Shown here: piece by piece, positions 13,024 to 24,941 of the stretch | How the letters are laid out: each line of letters opens with the position of its first letter | Numbering within the stretch: the stretch's first letter is position 1 | NCBI RefSeq assembly: GCF_006345805.1 | Contig: NC_043000.1 | Span: 17,980,001-18,044,000, forward strand | DNA length: 64,000 nt | Source: Octopus sinensis | Taxonomy: Eukaryota | Direction: 5' to 3' | Program-made: the position numbers and the translations under genes | Notes under the pieces: generated by a model | Seen by the model: the letters and a program-made list of their open reading frames with translations, nothing else | Databases searched by the model: none | Told to the model about the DNA's origin: nothing

Positions 13024-13762
13024 AGAAGCGTTAGCACGTTGGACAAAATACATTATGAATTTTAACTGAGGATGTATTTATGTTCTCGGTTCAAATTCTG
13101 CCGAGGAAATAAATACAAGCTGAGAACTGAGGTCGATATAATGGTCTAGCCTTACCCCGCCCTCGTCCAGAATTTCGGACCTTGTGTTTATTGCTTAGAA
13201 AGCTTAATGCAATTAATGCTCTGATGCTGACTGGATGAACATAACAGCTGTTTGTATGTGATTTGTGGAATGATAGCCAATAAGCACTATTGGAATTGGA
13301 TTTTCCATCAAGATTTTGACTAAAAAAGGGCAAATCTCACTTTGAAATTAATAATTATGCTATGATGCACCCACTGTAACGTCTTTTACCTATGTGTAAA
13401 ATTTCAGCACAGTTTGACCAGGGCTGGTAAGCTGAGGGGCTGCACTAGGCTCAGTCTGATTTGGCAATGTTTCTATGGCTGGATGTCCTTCCTAACGACA
13501 ACCACTCCAAGAGTGTAAGGTTACCTTATGCCACCAGCACAAGTGCCAGTGACGTGACACTGGTGCCAGTCACATTGTATCCGTGAGGCCCAGCACTCGA
13601 ATGGTGCTCTTTACATGCCACCAGCACAGGTGCATGTTATGTAACACTGGTATTGGCCACATTGCCTCCATGAGGTCCAATGTTAAAATGGTGCTTTTTA
13701 CGAGCCAGTTACATGACACCAACATTGACTATGACTATGATTTGACTTGACTTGACACAGCA

Positions 13763-13821
<59 letters not shown>

Positions 13822-13859
13822 ATATATCAATATATATACACACACACATATATGTATAT

Positions 13860-13902
<43 letters not shown>
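13763..13902. repeat. (TATC)n and (TA)n microsatellite
   Basis: Direct reading. Confidence 0.95.
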
Positions 13903-13905
<3 letters not shown>

Positions 13906-14078
13906 TGCAGGAGTGGCTGTGTGGTAAGTAGCTTGCTTACCAACCACATGGTTCCGGGTTCAGTCCCACATTGTGGCACCTTGGGCAAGTGTCTTCTAAT
14001 ATGGCCTCGGACCGACTAAAGGTGGTGCTCCAGCATGGCCGCAATCAAATGACTGAAACAAGTAAAAGGTATATATAT

Positions 14079-14132
<54 letters not shown>

Positions 14133-14851
14133 TAATCCAAACAAGAAAACACAGAAAAAAAGAGAAAAAAACACAGCAACGCAGAACGTGGAACAATTAA
14201 AGTATTATTGACGCTCAGGAAAGAAGGGAAGGAGGATACATATATATATATGTATGTATGTATATATATGTAGGTACAGGAGTGGCTGTGTGGTAAGAAG
14301 CTTGCTTCCTAACCACATGGTTCTAGGTTCAGTCTCACTGCATGGCACCTTGGGTAAGTGCCTTCTACTATAGCCCCAGTCTGACCAAAGCCTTGTGAGT
14401 GGATTTGGTGGACTGAAACTGAAGTTGTATGTATGTATTTGTGTGTCTCTGTTTGTCCCCCCTCACCATCACTTGACAACCGATGTTGGTGTGCTTATGT
14501 CCCCATAACTTAGCGGGTCAGTAAAAGTGGTGGTCGATTCGTTCGATTAAAGGCAGCTCTCCTGAAACAAGTAAAAGAATAAAATATGTATGTATGTATA
14601 TATTGTTATCCTTCAACCTGGATTGGTTCAGATAGTCTGACAGATACTGGTTTTGTATTCATGCTGGAATAGATGAGGTCTGTCAATTCCATATGCTGTG
14701 AGCATAATACTGAACCTCTGTTACATCTAACTCATCATGTGAAAACCTGCTTCTACTGCTGTCACCTGTTTTCATTGTTCTTTTCTATGTGGCAAACCAT
14801 GTAGTATACATTTTTGTCGATATGGTGTGCATACACATACATGTATTTATC

Positions 14852-15235
14852 GGAGGTGCAATGGCCCAGTGGTTAGGGCAGCGGACTTGCGGTCATAGGA
14901 TCGCGGTTTCGATTCCTAGACCGGGCGTTGTGAGTGTTTATTGAGCGAAAACACCTAAAGCTCCACGAGGCTCCGGCAGGGGATGGTAGTGATCCCTGCT
15001 GTACTCTTTCACACAACTTTCTTTCACTCTTACTTCCTGTTTCTGTTGTACCTGTATTTCAAAGGGCCGGCCTTGTCACTCTCTGTGTCACGCTGAATAT
15101 CCCCGAGAACTATGTTAAGGGTGCACGTGTCTGTGGAGTGCTCAGCCACTTACACATTAACTTCACGAGCAGGCTGTTCCGTTGATTCAGATTAACTGGA
15201 ACCCTCATCGTCGTGACCGACGGAGTGCTTCCATC
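14852..15235 (+). mobile_element. tRNA-derived SINE, family A
   Basis: Full-length homolog of 1909-2277 with intact GGTTTCGATTCC B box. Confidence 0.88.
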
Positions 15236-15660
15236 CACACGTATTTATGTGTGTGCATAGCTTCAAGTCCAGATGGGAAGATCTAGATACAATCTAGTGA
15301 GAATTTGAAGAGGCTGTTTCCATATCTAACAAAAAAGCCTTGTTCTTAATCATTAGTTATCAAAAGCTAGATCATTTGTGTGCAATATAGAGAAGTGGAC
15401 CATCCCTGTTTTTGGATGCCATATTAATAGTTGTTGATGATGGCATGTGAAAGACTTACATTGTATTATTTGACATGATTTTGTTTAACATTATTAAAAT
15501 GGTAGAATAAGAAGATCAATGGGAAAATGCTTTGCAGTATTTAGCTATATGCCTATACATTCGGAGATCAAATCCCACTTGTGTTGGCTTTGATTCAGTC
15601 AACCTGTGATTGTTAAAATAAGTGATAAGCAAATAGTACTCACCCTGCCATTCTTGTATA

Positions 15661-16456
15661 TCATCATCATCATCGTTTAACGTCCGCTTTCCATGCTAGC
15701 ATGGGTTGGACGGTTCAACTGGGGTCTGGCAAGCCCGAAGGCTACACCAGGCCAGTCAGATCTGGCAGTGTTTCTACAGCTGGATGCCCTTCCTAACGCC
15801 AACCACTCCGAGAGTGTAGTGGGTGATTTTATGTGCCACCGACACAGGTGCCAGATGAGGCTGGCAGACGGCCACGCTCGGATGGTGTTTTTTATGTGCC
15901 ACCGACACAGGTGCCAGACAAGGCTGGCAGACGGCCATGCTCGGATATGGTGTTTTTGGTGTTTTTCTTATGTGCCACCGACACAGGTGCCAGACGAGGC
16001 TGGCGAACGGCTACGATCGGATGGTGTTTGTTACGTGCCCACGGCATGGAGGCCAGTCTATGCGGTACTGGCTACGGTCCCGTTCGGATGGTTTTCTTAT
16101 GTGCCACCGGCACTGGTACCACAAGGATACAAATTCCATTGATGTTCATCTATTTTGATTTGGTTTGACTTGATTCGATTTGACTTTGATTTGATTTGCC
16201 TCAACAGGTCTTCACAAGTGTCACAAGCAGGAAGGTATGCACAGGTGGACTGACTACGTCTCAGGTAGGGGCCACGGGTTATGGCTTCACTAGTCTTGCC
16301 GGGTCTTCTCACGCACAGCATACTTCCATAGGTCTTGGTCTCTAGTCATTTCCATGGTGAGACCTAACGTTCAAAGGTCGTGCTTCACCACCTCGTCCCA
16401 GGTTTTCCTGGGTCTACCTCTTCCACGGGTTCCCTCAACTGCTAGGGATTGGCACT
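15661..16456 (-). mobile_element. RTE LINE 3' end: ORF C-terminus plus complete repeat-containing 3' UTR
   Basis: Minus strand VEGTRGRGRPRKTWDEVVKHDL*TLGLT..DLWKYAVREKTRQD*, then (TCAAA)n, tandem GTGGCACATAAAAA units, conserved end, (GAT)n tail. Confidence 0.88.
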
Positions 16457-16714
16457 ATATAGTATTATATTTTCATAGTATTATAATTATTGTTATTTTC
16501 ATCAGCATAACCATTTAGATGTTAACCCATATATGCCCATAAAATTTTTTTACTTTCTTTAGATTAAATGCTATGGTAAGCTTTCACAATCTAGAAGAGA
16601 AGGACACTATGCAACTGTTAGCTATGGGTGTCAACTACCTACTGAACATTTCGTATGTTCAGTCAGATGTTTCCCAGCGAGTTCATATCCAAACAAACAG
16701 GAGCAGGTTTTGCA

Positions 16715-17061
16715 AACTCCACCCATCTAACAACTGTGGACATATTTACAAAGTCAGAAAACAGCACAGCTCCCATGACTTCAGGAAACATTTTTTCACG
16801 CTGAGAGTTGCTGAAGCATGGAACAAACTACCGGCTTCAGTTGTTAGTTGTTGGAGCACTGCATCCTTCAAAACTTCCATGCTTTCTGAGATTCGCCAAC
16901 GCTCCACCTGATTTTCTCCCCTCCATACACACACAGGCATGTATCTGACTCATACATTGTTCGCTTTCCAGACATTTCTACATTACTGCATGTGCTTTAT
17001 ATGCACTTTCTGACAAGTTGTGGTGCATCTGAGCACTGTATACAATAATTTCATTATTATT
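16715..17061 (+). mobile_element. CR1 LINE 3' fragment
   Basis: GHIYKVRKQHSSHDFRKHFFTLRVAEAWNKLPASVV nearly identical to the end of the ORF at 23839; same GTGCAyCTGAGCACTGTA 3' terminus and TAT tail, longer 3' UTR. Confidence 0.9.
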
Positions 17062-17339
17062 AAAATACTATCTTGTTTGGAAACAGGTGAAGGCTGGCAA
17101 CAGCAAAGGTATAGAAAATCTGTCTCAACAAATTCCATCTGACCCATGCAAGCATAGAAAGGTGATTGTTAAAAATGAAGAGTAAAAACATCATGATGGT
17201 GGTGGTAATGCATTCATATCAAAAGGAGATGATTAGAGAAAACTGGGAAATATGGTCTGTGGAATATGATGGGGAGGTTTCTTTTTTTTACTTGCCAAAA
17301 AGGAGATGCCAAAAGGGAATGAAACTCTAATCACAGTGG

Positions 17340-18125
17340 AGAGGTCTGGGTTTGTCAGTTCCTGTTACAGTTGAGGATAGACAGAAACAGAGAGGATGGG
17401 ACGATTTGCGTTTAGGTGCCACTTCCAACACTCTCCTTGATCAAGCTGATCAATTTTCAAGGTGTCATCTACTTTCAGCTAGTACAAAATCTTGTGGGAC
17501 TGGATTGATGCCCTGCATGTGGCCAGCATTGGAAGTCTACTCAGTCTAAATGAACTCCGCATCTCCATCACACCCGGGGTGGGAGTTAACATCTGCAGGG
17601 GACTGAGATGTCGCTGTAGTACGCCCCTCGACCCCACAGGTCTTCACAGTCTGTCTTGCCGTCTAAATACTGGTCACTTCGCTTGTCACACCAAGCTAAA
17701 CCTAATCATTAAGCGGGCTCTGGCTTGGATTAATATCCCCACAGTTCTGGAGTCATATGGGTTATCCAGAAGTAATGGAAAGATACCAGATAGTCCCTGG
17801 GTTAGAGGTAGGTGACTCATTTGGAATGCCACAGTCTGTGACTCCTTTGTTTCCCCCCACATCCTAATGCTACAGTTAATGGAAGGGTCACTGCTTCCGT
17901 AGCCGAACGGGAACCTCCCACCACCTGAAGTATCGGGACCTGACAGTGAACTGTCTCTTCCAGTCTGTGACGTTTGATATGTTCGGAGGAACAGGACGAC
18001 TAACTGTGAAATATTTGTCAACTTTGGCCGTTCACCTCACCGAAGTGTCTGGTGATGTCCGTGAAGGTGCTTGGCTTTCCCAACGTCTTAGCAACACGAT
18101 CAAGCGTGCTGGCTTGCTTCAGTAG
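17340..18125 (+). mobile_element. Decayed CRE-like non-LTR retrotransposon C-terminus (zinc finger plus restriction-like endonuclease)
   Basis: CRC..LDPTGLHSLSC..GHFACH..LN..IKRAL..P..E..GLSRSNGKIPD..PWVRGR*LIWNATV resembles the CxC..H..C..RH..EP..DGKRPDG..PW..WD pattern. Confidence 0.75.
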
Positions 18126-18329
18126 GTTCCGTTGAACCTTGTGGTGTGTAACTAGTTAAAAACTCTCTATAAATGGTTTCAATAGTTTTACAAGAAAGAT
18201 TTGGAAGAATTAGAAGTCCTCCGAAAATTTTCTTTCATATAAATAAATGTTTATGTTAATTAAAGAATTCGACAGCAAAATCTCATAAAATGAATATGTT
18301 CTAAAAGACGTACGTGTTTATAAGTGATA

Positions 18330-18828
18330 TCTTTATATATAAAAGTGAAGTTGTGTGTCTGTCTCCTACGATTTAGATTCCTAACTACTCCCACATTTTG
18401 CGGTGCAGTTTAACCAAAACCGGGTATCTTATAGTCGTGATTCATATCGAGCCCTTCTGGGTATTAGCGTGCGTCTACGATGAATCTACGATTAAAAAAA
18501 AATTTACCATAATTTTTTTTCCATTTTGATGCATTTTTTCGCTATTATATAAGGGAAGTAACTCACTAAAAATGTCTACGATGAGTCAACGATTTAATAA
18601 AAAATTTACCATAATTTTTTTCCATTTTTATGCATTTTTTCGCTATTATATAAGGGAAGTAACTCTCTAAAAATGTGTACGATGAGTCAACGATTTAAAA
18701 AAAAATTTACCATAATTTTTTTTCCATTTTTAATGCATTTTTTTGCTATTTTTTGGCTATAACTCTCTAAAAATGCTTATATAGTTATTTCCCTTACAAA
18801 TCCGAGCAACGCCGGGCGATACTGCTAG
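18330..18828 (+). mobile_element. Non-autonomous Helitron
   Basis: A|TC 5' end, CTAG|T 3' end, subterminal GC-rich CCGAGCAACGCCGGG, no TSD, three about 100-bp internal units. Confidence 0.88.
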
Positions 18829-19036
18829 TATGAAAATAAATATACGCTTTACTTAATTAGTTGCTAAGGAAGCCTGAATAAACGGAAACGGATATAGTTC
18901 TCTCCCCTGATTCATGTTTATTTTATTCATTTAATTCCTCGCACTCCCTTCTGGAGCGAGGAATTTAAAGGTCTCGGAACAAATATATATATATTATATT
19001 ATATATTATATTATATATTATATTTATACCTTAACC

Positions 19037-19104
19037 ATGCAGACAAACAAGAAAGTATTGAGCTACGAAACTTTTCTAAATGAGCGATTACGAACTGATT
19101 TGAA
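19037..19104 (+). CDS. UXT: Protein UXT (prefoldin alpha-like), coding exon 1
   Basis: ACCATG start; MQTNKKVLSYETFLNERLRTDL(K); GTAAGT donor; resembles UXT KVLRYETF motif. Confidence 0.9.
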
Positions 19105-20903
19105 GTAAGTTCTCCGAAGTTATTTCATTCATCTCAACTTCTCTTACTAAGGTTCTGTACGGAGCATTGAACTAGAACCTCTTTATTCTAAGGATCGTTA
19201 TCTAATTGATCCCTCTCTGACCCCCCCCCCACCATATACTGACACTCTGCATTTCACATGAAGTGCGCTAAACTTAGCTTTTCACGCTGTTTGCTTAGCC
19301 ATATATCTGCTTGACAGAGCAGATCTATTATAAAGTCCGGATTAACCATTAAATAAGTATGTTCTTTGAATACCTGTGTTTTTTCCAGTGCCAGGTTTAC
19401 CTCGGTGCAAATGGTAGATATAACAGTTTTTAATGAATAAGACTCGAAATTTTGCATTTTCCTCTCTATCCTACGTAGGTAAATAAATTACTTGTGTTGC
19501 TTTTTGCGTGGAATGAAGTACCCTGACCTCCTAATATGCTGGAAATCCCATAATTGGCCCTATGAGTCCTTGGACTCATGACAGTAATGTCCAGGGGACT
19601 TATATCTATATACACTAAGTGTATTATACATACATACTTATTTAACATACAAGCAGAGGGCACTCAGCAAAGCTCTGGTGTTATCGCAGTAACACTGCAG
19701 TAATATGGGATTTCCAGCATATTGGGAGGTCAGGGTACTTGATACCACGCAAAAAATCCGAGTTTTTTTTTTTTTCATTGTGAAAATCGTGCGGGTGTTA
19801 ATCTGTAATTTTACCCTATTTAGTGTGATAAATAAAATTAAAATTAAAGCTATAACAGCAGGTCTGGCCTGGAAGGAAACTGAATTTTTCATCAGTATTT
19901 CATTCAATTCTTACACCTTAATGTGGTTGTCAGTTCACCAATGGAAGTATAGAGGGTTACCATTGTTGGGCCGTGCTTAGAGAACCACTTGGTCTTAGAC
20001 CGCTCAGACTATGATCAAAGGCATTTTAGCAGTGACCAACCCATCTCTTCTTTCCTCCAGACATATTTCTACATTTCCTTTATCCAATCTGTTATTCTGT
20101 ATTGTATAATTTCAGAGAGATTTGGTCAATATTTCCAGAAGGCCCAACGCCCACATAGAAGCTTATCAGCTGGTTTGAAGGGACCCTGCTTCTTTTATTT
20201 AGTCTGAAAATATCCCTTCTGTTTGTTTCTTATTAAGAATAGTTACTTGTGCTGTAGGAATCTTTCAGTGTTTTCTCAGAACCCCTGTAGTTGTGTTCCT
20301 AAGAAGAAGGATCTGTGGTACTCCATCCTGGCACAAAACCGAATTGCATCTCATTTTAGCTAATTTGCTTCTTTTCTGTGATAGAAAGACAAGCACAGGT
20401 GCCTCTGTAGCAAGACACCTGAGCATGTTCTCCTGTTTTACTTTAGCTTCTCACTAAATAGCATAAAGCCACCCCCACTAAGTCGAGGGAGCTTTTTCCA
20501 ATACTTTCACCATCTTGCAGTTACTTATGCTGATCGCAAAAAAAAAAAAGAAAAAGAAACCCAGTACACTGTAAGGAGGTTGGCATTAAGAAGCACATCC
20601 AGCTATAGAAACCAGGCCAAAGTTCTGTGTGGGTTCCTGTAAAACCATCCTGTCCATGTCAGCATGGAAAACTGACCTTAAATGATGATAATGATTTGTT
20701 ATATTTCTTTCATAACTTGGTAAATTGTCTCTGAAATTGCATTTTTTCTTGCCCTTGTAGCAGTTGATAATGATACTGCTACACCAGTGACTGTGAATGA
20801 CCCCTTTCTGTTTACCTGATGACTATGTAAGAGACAAGTGCAAGCATCTCAGTAAATATTCCTCTCTCTGCCCTCACATTCTTGTGACCATTTCTATTGT
20901 ACA

Positions 20904-21268
20904 ATGGAAGCACTCCATCGGTTACGACGACGAGGGTTCCGGTTGATCTGAATCAACGGAACAGCCTGCTCACGAAATTAACGTGTAAGTGGCTGAGCAC
21001 TCCACGTAGTTCTCGGGGATATTCAGTGTGACACAGAGAGTGACAAGGCCGGCCCTTTGAAATACAGGTACAACAGAAACAGGAAGTAAGAGTGAGAGAA
21101 AGTTGTGGTGAAAGAGTACAGCAGGGATCACCACCATCCCCTGCCGGAGCCTCGTAGGGCTTTAGGTGTTTTCGCTCAATAAACACTCACAACGCCCGGT
21201 CTGGGAATCGAAACCGCGATCCTATGACCGCGAGTCCGCTGCCCTAACCACTGGGCCATTGCGCCTCC
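20904..21268 (-). mobile_element. tRNA-derived SINE, family A
   Basis: Reverse-complement copy flanked by CTATTGTACAAT duplication. Confidence 0.88.
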
Positions 21269-21569
21269 ACTATTGTACAATAACCTGTTTCAAACTAGTC
21301 TCTCTATAGTGTCTACTTGGAGTTGTCCCCACTCCTCTCTGTCTGTGTCTGTCTTTCATGCATTCTTCTTATTTAATAATGTAGTAGCATTTCCATCCTT
21401 CCTGCTTCTTGGCATCAGTGAGGGTATGTGTGCCACTATCATTATGGATGCACTTTTCACCATCAACATCCTGCTTTATACGTTGTTTTACAAACTAAAA
21501 CACCTTACTCCCTTGAAACTCATATTGCTGAGCAGACAGACCTCTTTCTTTCAATTTTCTCTCAAATAA

Positions 21570-23888
21570 ATATCCCTGACATCCCTGACGCCACGTAAAC
21601 AAAAAAAGAAGAACCACCCCAAAAGGGCAATTTGGGAAACTTCAGCGGTCCGACTTGCCAGGAAGGAACGTCGGACTGCTGAACAGGAATACATCATCAT
21701 CATCATCATCATCATTTAGTGTCCGTTTTCCATGCTAGCATGTGTTGGACGGTTCTACTGGGGTCTGTGAAGCCAGAAGGCTTCATCAGGCCCAGTCAAA
21801 TCTGGCAGTGTTTCTACGGCTGGATGCCCTTCCTAACGCCAACCACTCCGTGAGTGTAGTGGGTGCTTTTTACGTGCCACCCGCACTGGTGCCAGACAGA
21901 GCTGGCAAACGGCCACGAACGGATGGTGCTTTTTATGTGCCACCGGCACGAGGGCCAGGCGAGGCTGGCAACGGACACGAAACGGGGCGGTGCTGGCAAG
22001 TTGCATAAATCAGACACCAACAGGAAGAAGCGGAATAAATCCTCCAACCATCTCAAGCAAGTGACAAAAAATGCAGTGCTTGAATTTGAACAGTGCATAG
22101 CAGCCAATCCTGACAGCAAGGTTTTCTGGAAATATGTGCATTCAAAGCAGAGACCTCACTCTCCAGTGGGCCCTCTTCGCAACCCTCACACGAACCAGAT
22201 CACTGACGACCCCAAGGAATGCGCAGAACTCATTGCCGAGTGCTATGCAAACATATTCACTGTCGAAAGTCAAAATGTACCATCTTCACCATCACTAACA
22301 GCAAACTCCATAACAACTATGGAATTTACACCTGCAATGCTGCGACGTCACCTTCAAAATAAGCGCAACTATGCCTCCCCTGGTCTCGATGGAGTTACAT
22401 ACCTGCTTCTCAAACGTGGCAGGCACTTCCTTTTACACCAGCTTTCTATTTTCTTCCAGTACTGTCTCAACAATGGTGCTACTCCGGAGCAGTGGAAAAC
22501 TGCCAGTGTCATTCCTCTGTTCAAAAAGGGTGACCGCACATCACCTGTCAACTATCGCCCAGTCAGTCTCACTAGCTGTATTGCAAAACTGATGGAATCG
22601 TGTGTCAGAGAAACACTCTGGAACTTCTGGAGCTCTCACAGTCTCATCCGACCCTCACAATATGGATTTGTCCCTAACTCCAGCTGCAGTGACCAGCTTG
22701 TCGAGTTCCTTGAGGACATTACTCAGATCACTGACAGTGGCTCATGGATGGATGTTGTCTACCTTGACTTTGCTAAGGCTTTCAACTCTGTGCCACACAA
22801 AAGGCTTATGGTGAAACTCTCTGCAATGGGTGTGGGGGATGACCTTTTTAACTGGTTGAAATCCTTCATCCTCAGCCGAAAGGAGGTAGTCACAGTTCTA
22901 GGACAGTACTCTACACCATATGAGATGTCATCGGGTGTACCACAGGGATCTGTCCTTGGTCCCCTCCTGTTTGTGGCATACATTAATGACATAGATGCCA
23001 ATTTAAAGAATGCCACAGTATTGAAATATGCAGACGACATCAAGCTGTACCTTGAAATCAAGAGGACTGATCCTGATGTCTACAACTCTTTCCTGCAATC
23101 AGACCTAGACACAATGCAGCAATGGATCACAGACTGGCAACTGAAACTGGCTGTGGACAAGTGTACCACCATGCATTTTGGGAGAAAAAACCCTGCGTCC
23201 ACATACTCCCTCCACAACACTGATATCAAGAAATCCTCTTGCGAGCGTGACCTAGGAATAACTGTCAGCAGTGATTTGCGTTGGACAAAGCATATCTCTA
23301 AAATTGTCAAGAAGGCCGAGGGTGTCTTGGCATCACTCAGCAAGACTTTTGTTAGCCGCTCTCCAGCCATCTATTTAAAACTGTATACAGCTATGGTACG
23401 ACCACACTTGGAATTCGCATCATCAGTTTGGAATCCCTATCTTGCTCAGAACATTGACCTCCTGGAATCTGTCCAGAGACGTGCAACCAAACGCATACCC
23501 TCCATCAGACACCTACCATATTCTGAGCGCCTTGTTTCCCTGGGCATGGATTCACTGAAGCTCCAGCGTCTGGCGACGGACTTGGTAAACACCCACAAGG
23601 TTATCAACCACCTCACCAACAACAACACTGAACACCTTTTTGATCTCCATGTGTCTAACACACGTGGACATGCCTACAAAGTCAGAAAACAGCACAGCTC
23701 CCATGACTTTCGGAAACATTTTTTCACGCTCAGGGTTGCTGAAGCGTGGAATAAACTGCCTGCATCAGTTGTTGACTGCCATGACACTGCATCCTTTAAG
23801 GCCCTCATGCTTCCCGAAATCCGTCGAAACTACACCTGATTATATATACACTTTAGATGAGTTGTAGTGCACCTGAGCACTGTACACA

Positions 23889-23923
<35 letters not shown>
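21570..23923 (+). mobile_element. 5'-truncated CR1-clade LINE with nested insert, in UXT intron 1
   Basis: RT motifs (NYRPVSLTS, QYGF, YLDFAKAF, SGVPQGSVLGP, YADD), CR1-type C-terminus, (TAT)n tail; ORF2 frame also open at 21570-21692 left of a 305-bp insert. Confidence 0.93.
21923..23839 (+). CDS. CR1 reverse transcriptase ORF without endonuclease domain (638 aa from first ATG)
   Basis: No stops or frameshifts; LINE-derived from 21998; ATG supplied by the inserted repeat. Confidence 0.8.
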   Translation: MVLFMCHRHEGQARLATDTKRGGAGKLHKSDTNRKKRNKSSNHLKQVTKNAVLEFEQCIAANPDSKVFWKYVHSKQRPHSPVGPLRNPHTNQITDDPKECAELIAECYANIFTVESQNVPSSPSLTANSITTMEFTPAMLRRHLQNKRNYASPGLDGVTYLLLKRGRHFLLHQLSIFFQYCLNNGATPEQWKTASVIPLFKKGDRTSPVNYRPVSLTSCIAKLMESCVRETLWNFWSSHSLIRPSQYGFVPNSSCSDQLVEFLEDITQITDSGSWMDVVYLDFAKAFNSVPHKRLMVKLSAMGVGDDLFNWLKSFILSRKEVVTVLGQYSTPYEMSSGVPQGSVLGPLLFVAYINDIDANLKNATVLKYADDIKLYLEIKRTDPDVYNSFLQSDLDTMQQWITDWQLKLAVDKCTTMHFGRKNPASTYSLHNTDIKKSSCERDLGITVSSDLRWTKHISKIVKKAEGVLASLSKTFVSRSPAIYLKLYTAMVRPHLEFASSVWNPYLAQNIDLLESVQRRATKRIPSIRHLPYSERLVSLGMDSLKLQRLATDLVNTHKVINHLTNNNTEHLFDLHVSNTRGHAYKVRKQHSSHDFRKHFFTLRVAEAWNKLPASVVDCHDTASFKALMLPEIRRNYT

Positions 23924-23925
<2 letters not shown>

Positions 23926-24859
23926 CCAGCTTTTCTTCTGATATTGTTGGTTGCTCCTCACTTTTATTCCTACTCTTTCTAGGTCTGTCTCTTACCTTCT
24001 GTTTACCATATCATTCCCCCCCCCATCTTCTATCTCCATCTACAGTTTCTGACATTACCTCACAAGACACTCCATGGATTGAGAGTTTACAGTACAGGAC
24101 TATAACTGTTGTGTTGCCATTCTGGAGCAGTGACATAACTCTGTTCAACAGTTTGCCTACCTCTCTCTTTTCCTCTCTCACACACACACATTCAAAGGTC
24201 CCACACTTTATGATTGAGTGGTTAGCATTCTGTTTTGTTTTTTTAAAATTATTTCCACAAAACACTGTTCCTTCCATGCAAGTAAGTCAAGATAGTTCCA
24301 TAACTGTAAAAATAGTAGACTGGCTTCCGTGCCGGTAGCACATAAAAAGCACCATCCACTTGTGGCCGTTTGCCAGCCTCGTCTGGCCCCCGTGCCGGTG
24401 GCACGTAAAAAGCACCATCTGACCGTGGCCGTTTGCCAGACTTGTCTGGCACCTGTGCAGGTGGCACGTAAAAAGCACCCACTACACTCACGGAGTGGTT
24501 GGCATTAGGAAGGGCATCCAGCTGTAAAAACACTGCCAGATCAGACTGGAGCCTGGTGCAGCTTTCTGGCTTCCCAGACCCCAGTTGCACCGTCCAACCC
24601 ATGCCAGCATGGAAAGCGGACGCTAAACGATGATGATGATGATGATTTCATTGTTCTGTAAACAATATTTAATTAGGTCTTAATTCCAGATGAATCTACA
24701 AAGTATTTCAGATGACATGTGAATATTTTTTTCAATATCTAGATTATTCAATGTAAATATTAATTCATATATCTCAAAAAAATGAGGTTAATAGTGTAAA
24801 AAACTATATTCTTAAAAATCCATAAAAATTAATAAATGTTTTATTTTTGATTATCGTAG

Positions 24860-24941
24860 GAACATATTGGAGCAGCGAGAAATTATTTATGGAGAAATTT
24901 CAGAATACTTACAATTAAAGTCTATGATTGAACGATTGCAG
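24860..24941 (+). CDS. UXT: UXT coding exon 2
   Basis: TAG/GTTAGT bounded 82 bp; NILEQREIIYGEISEYLQLKSMIERLQ. Confidence 0.93.

Noticed and set aside
14852-14925. tRNA-Arg-like sequence (also 1909, 21200-21268, 45191)
   Set aside because: No proper acceptor stem and each continues into a shared SINE body; these are SINE heads, not tRNA genes
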